The notes under the pieces are model-generated. The model had not been told where the DNA came from, ran no database searches, and worked only from the letters and a program-made list of their open reading frames with translations. A program made the position numbers and the translations under genes. Positions 36,886-44,089 of a stretch of 44,089 nt of DNA are shown in pieces; position 1 is the first letter of the stretch, and each line of letters begins with the position of its first letter. The DNA comes from Promethearchaeota archaeon (lineage in GTDB: Archaea > Asgardarchaeota > Lokiarchaeia > Sigyniarchaeales > SOKP01): the NCBI GenBank assembly GCA_030599585.1, contig JAUVNS010000025.1, positions 1 to 44,089 of the forward strand, read 5' to 3'.

Positions 36886-39800
36886 ATGAAAAAAAATATC
36901 AAAATAATCAGTTTTGTAACTTTACTACTGTTTTTACTTAGCGTGGGTTTAAGCGAATTACCGAATCAAGCACAAAATATTGATGCGTTTGAAGATGACA
37001 CCAACCTAAATACAAATGATGGAGTAACTGCTTTAATATTTGGAATAAGAGGGGGACCCTCAAATATTGATCCCCAAGTAACTTGGGATAGTGAATCTTT
37101 TGCGGTAATTGATCAAGTTGTAGAAGGTTTGTTTGCCTATAATCTAAGTGATCCGAAAATGGGAATTATTCCTAATTTAGCTTTGGATTACGGCACATGG
37201 TCTGGTAGTAATTATACTGTTGATCTAAAACCAAACATCTACTTTCACGATGGAACTCTTTTTGATGCTTACGCTGTCAAATTTACTTTTGATAGATTGA
37301 ATTATTTTATGGAAAATGATTTAGTCCCAGCAGGAGACCTGTATAAATACTACGATGTTCATACCTCTGAAGTTAGAAACATCATTAATGATATTGATGT
37401 TATTGATGAAAATACAATTACATTTGTTCTTGGTCAGACATTTGCTACATTCGAAGCCTTGTTGTGTTTCGAAGGATCCTATATTGTTTCGCCTTTTTCA
37501 ACACCTGCTACAGAAATGATAGATATTTCTACCGATACTTTAATTGGAACTGGTCCTTTTGTTTTTGACAATTATGAAACTGATATCGAAGTGAATTTTC
37601 ACGCTTTTGAAAATTATTGGAAGGGCGCGCCAAATATAACAAATTTAAAGTTCGCAATCATATATGATAATCAAGCAAGAAACAGTGCTTTATTAAGTGG
37701 TGATGTTGATATAATAATTGATCCACTAGATTCAATGCTCGATATTTATAGAATAGATCCTAATATTACCCTTGAATCTACTCAGGGATTCTCAATTAAC
37801 TACATAGCAATGAATGACAAGTGGATTAATACTACATTTAGAAAAGCAATATCCTATACTATTAACTATTCTTATATTATCGATGTTTTAATGGATAGCG
37901 AAGTGGTTAGAATGAAGTCTCCCTTTCCAGAGAATATGATCTTCGCTAATTGGTCATACGATGTTGCTGATTTCAATATTACAAAAGCAAGAGAAATTAT
38001 GCAAAGCATGGGTTTTGGGGTAGGATTCACAACTAATGCTCAATGGCAGTCAGCAACTTTTGCGAGTTTCAAATTCTCATATAACATAGGAAATAGTTTT
38101 AAAGAGGATTTAATGGTTTTGTTATGGTCTTGCCTTGATCTAATCGGAATTGATGTAATAGACGACGGAATGACATGGGGGGATTTTCTTTTTAGCTTAT
38201 TCGAGGATCAAGACTCGCTTCAATTATATTGGCTTGGTTGGGGGTCTGATTATAACGATCCACATCCTATATTAAATATGTTCTTTACTAATAGATCTTC
38301 TAATGAATTTACCATACCATTTAAGGATTTTATAGTTCAAACTTGGGTTGAGGAAGCTTTATATGAAACAAATGATACTCTCAGAAATAATCTTTATAAC
38401 AAAATTCAACAACGATTGGTAGAAGAATTATATCCATGGGCATTTGGTTATGTTCCATTAGAATATGTTGCGTATAATCAGGAAATCTCAGGTTTTCAAT
38501 GGAATTCAATGCAAAAAGTGTCGTTTTATGAAGTAAATGGAATATTTAGGGATATCCCTACTCCACCCCCTACAGATACCCAAATATATATTGATGGAGA
38601 TTCCACAGGAATAGGTGCTCAAAACTGGACTTGGGCAGTAAATCAAAATTGGTGTAGTGGGGCAGGTACAATAGAAGATCCTTATATTATTGAGGATTTA
38701 ATTATAGACGGTCCGATTTTTGGTATCGTTATTAAAAATTCAGAAGTATCCTTTGAAGTTGTAAATTGTACCATTATGAATACCGGTTCTGATTTTGAGG
38801 GTGCTGCAATTCAATTAACCAATGTCACTAACGGAAATTTAATTGGAAATAACTGTTCAAATAATAAATATTATGGAATCTCATTAGTGGATTGTTATAA
38901 TTGCACAATATTCAATAACTTTCTAACCAATAACATTTATGGTATAACAGCACGGCTTTGTCAGAATCTCAACATAACTAATAATTACATGGAAAATGTT
39001 TCTGCTGGAATTGGTTATGATGATAAATGCTTTAACAGTATTATTGATAACAATACTATTATTGGAGCTACTATTGGGATAAGTCCTGGAGGTCAAAATC
39101 ATGTGCTACGTAATAATAATTTGGAAAGTTGTGGAATAATATTTTTCTATTTTTTCGGTAATATCAATGATTTAACTACATATGATGTCGATACATCCAA
39201 CACGATTAATGAAAAACCAATTTACTATTATGTAAATCGTAATAATTTAGTTCCTAACGACTTTTTAAACGCTGGACAAGTCATTTTAATTAATTGCAAT
39301 AATTCTTTGATTTCCAATTTAGACATCTCAGATTCTTCAGCAGGAATATTGTTATATGGATGTAATTATAATAACTTTTCAAATGTCAACACCCTTAATG
39401 AAGCATATGGACTCTTAATGTATCAGAGTAGTAACAATCATATCGAGAATAGTGTGTTCAGTGAATCGATTTATTATGGAATTTATATGTATGGTGGAAG
39501 TGTACTTAATACAATTGAAAAGAGTATAATTTCTGAAAATGTGCATGGAATGTACGTCGGAGATGGTAACAATACAGTAAACACTAATTTTATCTTAAAC
39601 AATACTCAAATAGGTATATCGACTGGATATGAAACTCGTGGTAGCTTGATTTATAACAATACTTTTATCGGAAATGAAATAAATGCTGCAGAAGGGGGTA
39701 CAAATCATTGGGATAATGGGATAATCGGCAATTACTGGGACGATTATTCTGGAGTAGACGCTAATGATGATGGTATTGGAGATTCACCTTACATTATTAA

Positions 39801-42800
39801 TGGGGGTGCAGGAAGTATGGATAATTATCCAATCTGGGATGATGGACCTGACTTACCAATACCTCAATATTGGGTACTTTCACCATTCATTATTGATGAA
39901 CTAGGATATGGCGATTATACTTGGGAAGAAGTTGCAATGGAAGATTGGTGTAGTGGCTCTGGTACATGGAGTGCCCCATATATAATTGAAAATATTGTTA
40001 TTAATGGACAAAATTCTAGTAGTTGTATAGAGATTAAGAACTCTAATGTGTATTTTATTATAAAGAATTGCAGAGTGTATAATGCAAAGAAAGATAGTTC
40101 TATCTACTTGTTCGATGCAGGAATCACTTTAGGAAATGTTGATAATGGCGCGATATTCGAGAATAACTGCTCGAACAATAATGGGATTGGTATAAGTTTA
40201 TACAACTGCAATAATGTTACCCTTTCAATGAACATAATCTTAAACAATGGTGATGACGGTATTAATATGGATCATTGCAGTGGAAATATTCTCTATAATA
40301 ATACGATTTCAAATAATAACGATGACGGTATTATGTTATACCAAAGTCAAAACAATGTTCTCTCATCTAACACAATCCTTAATAATAATTGGGGGCCAAT
40401 AATAATGCCAAGAAGAGATGGGGGTATTATTTTAATGTATAGTAATCACAATACTGTTTCTATGAATTATGTTTCTAATAATAATTATGCAGGCGTATAT
40501 ATATATCATAGCAACAATATTAACATCTCAAAAAATACAATCTCATATAATGGTGCTATGGGTATTCTCCTAGCTACTAATGAATTAAATACTGTCTCAG
40601 CTAATACTATTTCACATAATTTTCAAGGTATTCAATTATGGGAGAGTAATCAAAGCACCATTTCAGATAACATAATTTCAGATCAGACAAATAAAGGTAT
40701 TTTAATCGATCATAGTAGTTATAATGACCTCTCGAAGAATTCACTCTTAAATAACGGTGATTATGGTATTACAATATATGATTGCTACAACCTTAATATC
40801 TCAAGAAACATACTATCAAATCAAGATCGTTTTGGTATTACCGTAGCATCGAGCCACGCAAATATTATTTCAAAAAATTCATTTCTAAATAATGGTGAAT
40901 ATGCTATTCATTTTAGTTGGAGTAATAATAATACTTACTCAATGAACACAGTTTCAGAGAATTCTAATGGGATCTATATAGGGTCCGGTGAAAATAATGC
41001 TATTTTATCAAACACTATTTCATATAATATTGGGATGGGTATTTTAATGCAAAGTTCTAATTGCAGATTTAATTCAATATATAACAATTCAATGATAACT
41101 AATGGAGAAAATGCACTTGATAACGGAGTGAGTAATTATTGGGATAAAAAAAGTTTGGGGAATTTTTGGGATGATTATATGGGAGAGGATGCAAATGATG
41201 ATGGTATAGGTGATACACCTTACACAATTCTTGGTACAGCAGGGGCTGTTGATAACTACCCTATTTGGGACGACGGTCCTTCTGTAGACGATGTTGCGCC
41301 ATCAATTGTAATTAATTATTACGACGAGTATGCTCTTTTTGGAACTGGAGCAATTTTCATTGAAGCTTATATAACAGATAATGTTCAGTTAGAATTACCT
41401 GTTATCATTGAATTCTACTACCCTAATGGAACCCTCATTAATGTATATGACATGATTTTGAATATAAGCGATTCAAGTGATACTTACTTTTTTTACTGGA
41501 CTGTAGATTCTCTTCCCGTACTAGACGGTTATTATTTTATAATTAATGCCTATGATTCTTCAAACAACTTAGCCCAAGCAAATGAATTTTTTGATATTGT
41601 ATTAGAAACACCTATTCCTCAGTATTGGATACTTTCTCCATTTAGTATTGATGAACTAGGTTATGGTCATGGAAATTACACATGGGCACAAGTTGTGAAT
41701 GAGGAATGGTGTAGCGGTTCTGGAACTTTGAACGATCCTTATGTAATAAAAAACCTTGTTATAAATGGGCAAGGATCAGATTTTTGTTTATCCATTCAAT
41801 TTTCAGAGGAATATTTCATTGTTGAGAATTGTACCTTTTATAATACATACAATCTGAATTATTATGGTGGACTTGTCCTTATAAACTCATCAAACGGCAA
41901 ACTTCTCAATAACAATTGTTCCGATAACTACTTTGCTGGCATCTATTTATGGAATTCACATAATTTCTTAATCTCGGGAAATTTTATCTCAACCAGTTCA
42001 TCCTACGGAATTATTATTGATTATTTATCTTCCAACAATATTGTATATAATAATACCCTCATCGAAAATAATATTAATGCGTTTGATAATGGCGGTATAA
42101 ATTTCTGGGACAATGGAGTGATCGGTAACTACTGGGACGATTATTCCGGTGTTGATGCTAACGATGATGGCATTGGTGACACTCCATACAATATAGGGGG
42201 TATGGCAGGAAGTATGGACAATTTCCCAATCTGGGATGACGGTCCTGAAGTTCCTTCGTCAGACTATTGGATTCTCTCGCCATTTGTTATTGATGATGAC
42301 GGGTATGGTAATTATACTTGGGAAGAAGCTTCAAATCAAGAGTGGTGCCGTGGATTTGGAACCTTTGGAGATCCATATGTAATAAAAAACTTAATAATTG
42401 ATTGTAACGGGTTAGCGAGTGGTATAACAATTGAAAACTCAAGTGTATATTTTCGAATAGAAAATTGTACGGTTTACAACGGTAAAGAAGGCAGTGTTTT
42501 CAATTACGAAGCAGCAATCAAATTATTAAATACTACTAATGGATTAATAATCAACAATACTTGTTCTTTCAATCAGGGAGACGGAATACTTTTATCTTAT
42601 TGCTCCAATATTACGATATACCAGAATAGAGTAATCAACAATGGAGATACTGGGATTTATATTGCGCGTTGTGAAGAAATATCTATATTAAATAATACTA
42701 TATTTTCCAATATAATTGGAATATGGGTGTTTGAATTACAAGGCCCTCCTCTCGTAGAGTATGGAATATCTGTCAATATTAGTATTATGGAAAATGATGT

Positions 42801-44089
42801 GCATAACAACACGAACTATGGAATTGTTCTCCTTAATACAATTAATAGTCATGTTTCGAAAAACGAAGTAAGTGAATCCAATTATGGAATAATGTTGATC
42901 AATTCGAACAATAGTATCGTCACAAATAATCGAATAGAAGATTGTATTTCAGGAGGTATTGATGTACGCTCCAATAACTATTCGAATCTGACTGAGAATG
43001 TAATGTTTTCTTGTGGACTAACAATTTATGGAAGTTATTCCGAACTTTTAACTTATTCAATGGATACTAGCAATTTTGTAAATGGAAAACCATTTTATTA
43101 TTACACAGATAGAAATGATTTAGATAATTCAGATTTCATAAATCCAGGTCAGATAATTTTAGTCAACTGTAGCAATTCAATTTTATCAAATATAAATATC
43201 TCTTATAGCAGTGCTGGTCTGACGTTAATCTATTGCACAAATATGAATATCACTGACTGTAATTTTTCTGATAACAACGACGGTATTATATTACAATTTA
43301 GCGATGATAATTCTATTTATAGAAATTTGCTTGATAATAACTATCATTCCGGTATTACATTAACTGAAAGCAATAACAACTTAATTTATTGGAATACCCT
43401 ATCTAATAATAACGCTGATTTAACCCCAAATGTATATTATAGTGGCGGGCCACCTACCACTAACGCCCGCTATGGAGTAGGTATACTACTATGGGATGAA
43501 AACAGTAACAACATTATATTTAATAATATATTAACCACAAACAATGTAGGGATATATCTATACAATAGCAGTTATTCAACTATTAGTAATAATTCTATAG
43601 AAGATAATTATGAATATGGTATATATCTAGAGCGCGACTTATTTGACATTTCTGAATCAAATCTAATTTATAGTAATCATTTTGAGAGTAACCTGATCGA
43701 AAACGCTTACGACAATGGTGTTAATACATATTGGGATAACGACTCAATAGGGAATTACTGGAATAATTATCTTGGTGTGGACGCTAATGACGATGGTATA
43801 GGAGACACACCATATTCTATTAATGGAAGCGCAGGAAGTCTAGATAATTTTCCAATCTGGGATGACGGGCCAGAATCTCCTATTCCTCAATACTGGGTTC
43901 TTTCACCATTCATTATTGATGAAGATGGCTTAGGAGATTATACTTGGAGTGAAGTATCCAATCAACCATGGTGTAGTGGATTTGGAACTGAATCCAATCC
44001 TTATTTAATTGAAAATATTGCTATTAATGGTCAAGATTTCGAATATTGTCTATGGATAAGAAATTCTGATGCGTATTTCATTCTGAAAA
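36886..44089 (+). CDS. Giant secreted protein: OppA/DppA-type ABC substrate-binding domain fused to tandem NosD-like parallel beta-helix modules and an Ig-like domain (3' end outside window)
   Basis: ATG at 36886, signal MKKNIKIISFVTLLLFLLSVGL. SBP family 5 motifs IDP, IIPNLA, FHDGT.FDA.AVKFTFDR, IGTGPF, NYWKG. Then repeated WCSG.GT..DPYII...GNYWDDY.G.DANDDGIGD.PY...DN.PIWDDGP. More than 2400 codons open to the window end. Confidence 0.9.
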   Translation, partial: MKKNIKIISFVTLLLFLLSVGLSELPNQAQNIDAFEDDTNLNTNDGVTALIFGIRGGPSNIDPQVTWDSESFAVIDQVVEGLFAYNLSDPKMGIIPNLALDYGTWSGSNYTVDLKPNIYFHDGTLFDAYAVKFTFDRLNYFMENDLVPAGDLYKYYDVHTSEVRNIINDIDVIDENTITFVLGQTFATFEALLCFEGSYIVSPFSTPATEMIDISTDTLIGTGPFVFDNYETDIEVNFHAFENYWKGAPNITNLKFAIIYDNQARNSALLSGDVDIIIDPLDSMLDIYRIDPNITLESTQGFSINYIAMNDKWINTTFRKAISYTINYSYIIDVLMDSEVVRMKSPFPENMIFANWSYDVADFNITKAREIMQSMGFGVGFTTNAQWQSATFASFKFSYNIGNSFKEDLMVLLWSCLDLIGIDVIDDGMTWGDFLFSLFEDQDSLQLYWLGWGSDYNDPHPILNMFFTNRSSNEFTIPFKDFIVQTWVEEALYETNDTLRNNLYNKIQQRLVEELYPWAFGYVPLEYVAYNQEISGFQWNSMQKVSFYEVNGIFRDIPTPPPTDTQIYIDGDSTGIGAQNWTWAVNQNWCSGAGTIEDPYIIEDLIIDGPIFGIVIKNSEVSFEVVNCTIMNTGSDFEGAAIQLTNVTNGNLIGNNCSNNKYYGISLVDCYNCTIFNNFLTNNIYGITARLCQNLNITNNYMENVSAGIGYDDKCFNSIIDNNTIIGATIGISPGGQNHVLRNNNLESCGIIFFYFFGNINDLTTYDVDTSNTINEKPIYYYVNRNNLVPNDFLNAGQVILINCNNSLISNLDISDSSAGILLYGCNYNNFSNVNTLNEAYGLLMYQSSNNHIENSVFSESIYYGIYMYGGSVLNTIEKSIISENVHGMYVGDGNNTVNTNFILNNTQIGISTGYETRGSLIYNNTFIGNEINAAEGGTNHWDNGIIGNYWDDYSGVDANDDGIGDSPYIINGGAGSMDNYPIWDDGPDLPIPQYWVLSPFIIDELGYGDYTWEEVAMEDWCSGSGTWSAPYIIENIVINGQNSSSCIEIKNSNVYFIIKNCRVYNAKKDSSIYLFDAGITLGNVDNGAIFENNCSNNNGIGISLYNCNNVTLSMNIILNNGDDGINMDHCSGNILYNNTISNNNDDGIMLYQSQNNVLSSNTILNNNWGPIIMPRRDGGIILMYSNHNTVSMNYVSNNNYAGVYIYHSNNINISKNTISYNGAMGILLATNELNTVSANTISHNFQGIQLWESNQSTISDNIISDQTNKGILIDHSSYNDLSKNSLLNNGDYGITIYDCYNLNISRNILSNQDRFGITVASSHANIISKNSFLNNGEYAIHFSWSNNNTYSMNTVSENSNGIYIGSGENNAILSNTISYNIGMGILMQSSNCRFNSIYNNSMITNGENALDNGVSNYWDKKSLGNFWDDYMGEDANDDGIGDTPYTILGTAGAVDNYPIWDDGPSVDDVAPSIVINYYDEYALFGTGAIFIEAYITDNVQLELPVIIEFYYPNGTLINVYDMILNISDSSDTYFFYWTVDSLPVLDGYYFIINAYDSSNNLAQANEFFDIVLETPIPQYWILSPFSIDELGYGHGNYTWAQVVNEEWCSGSGTLNDPYVIKNLVINGQGSDFCLSIQFSEEYFIVENCTFYNTYNLNYYGGLVLINSSNGKLLNNNCSDNYFAGIYLWNSHNFLISGNFISTSSSYGIIIDYLSSNNIVYNNTLIENNINAFDNGGINFWDNGVIGNYWDDYSGVDANDDGIGDTPYNIGGMAGSMDNFPIWDDGPEVPSSDYWILSPFVIDDDGYGNYTWEEASNQEWCRGFGTFGDPYVIKNLIIDCNGLASGITIENSSVYFRIENCTVYNGKEGSVFNYEAAIKLLNTTNGLIINNTCSFNQGDGILLSYCSNITIYQNRVINNGDTGIYIARCEEISILNNTIFSNIIGIWVFELQGPPLVEYGISVNISIMENDVHNNTNYGIVLLNTINSHVSKNEVSESNYGIMLINSNNSIVTNNRIEDCISGGIDVRSNNYSNLTENVMFSCGLTIYGSYSELLTYSMDTSNFVNGKPFYYYTDRNDLDNSDFINPGQIILVNCSNSILSNINISYSSAGLTLIYCTNMNITDCNFSDNNDGIILQFSDDNSIYRNLLDNNYHSGITLTESNNNLIYWNTLSNNNADLTPNVYYSGGPPTTNARYGVGILLWDENSNNIIFNNILTTNNVGIYLYNSSYSTISNNSIEDNYEYGIYLERDLFDISESNLIYSNHFESNLIENAYDNGVNTYWDNDSIGNYWNNYLGVDANDDGIGDTPYSINGSAGSLDNFPIWDDGPESPIPQYWVLSPFIIDEDGLGDYTWSEVSNQPWCSGFGTESNPYLIENIAINGQDFEYCLWIRNSDAYFILK
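38581..44089 (+). repeat. Four complete and one partial beta-helix modules with conserved junction motifs
   Basis: Approximate modules 38581-39849, 39850-41280, Ig-like 41281-41604, 41605-42246, 42247-43872, 43873-end. DANDDGIGD occurs near 39757, 41188, 42154 and 43780. Confidence 0.8.

Noticed and set aside
38581-44089. CRISPR array or mobile repeats
   Set aside because: The recurring motifs are in-frame coding repeats with synonymous variation, 0.6-1.6 kb apart.

Overview
AT-rich archaeal DNA. Gene content (roadblock and longin-like proteins, a roadblock-Rab-like GTPase fusion, aSelBL, giant surface proteins) strongly suggests Asgard archaea, Lokiarchaeia-like; this is an inference. The core is a ~13 kb isoprenoid cluster: cis-prenyltransferase (uppS), HMG-CoA synthase with a C-terminal Zn-ribbon/OB extension, class II HMG-CoA reductase, the archaeal modified mevalonate pathway (UbiD-type decarboxylase, AcnX-type dehydratase large/small subunits, MVK, IPK, IDI-2, UbiX), a trans-prenyl diphosphate synthase and a geranylgeranyl reductase. 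The most striking observation is that the otherwise intact uppS is interrupted inside its catalytic DGNRRW motif by a 30-nt, in-frame, TAG-containing hairpin element. Precise removal restores the motif. The element fits a relaxed bulge-helix-bulge intron geometry and also a ribosomal-bypass layout (take-off codon, stop, hairpin, landing codon). Both window ends hold large repeat-rich secreted proteins that are missing from the ORF track because they run off the window. No rRNA, tRNA, CRISPR array or transposase was seen. All calls come from reading motifs by eye; no searches were run.
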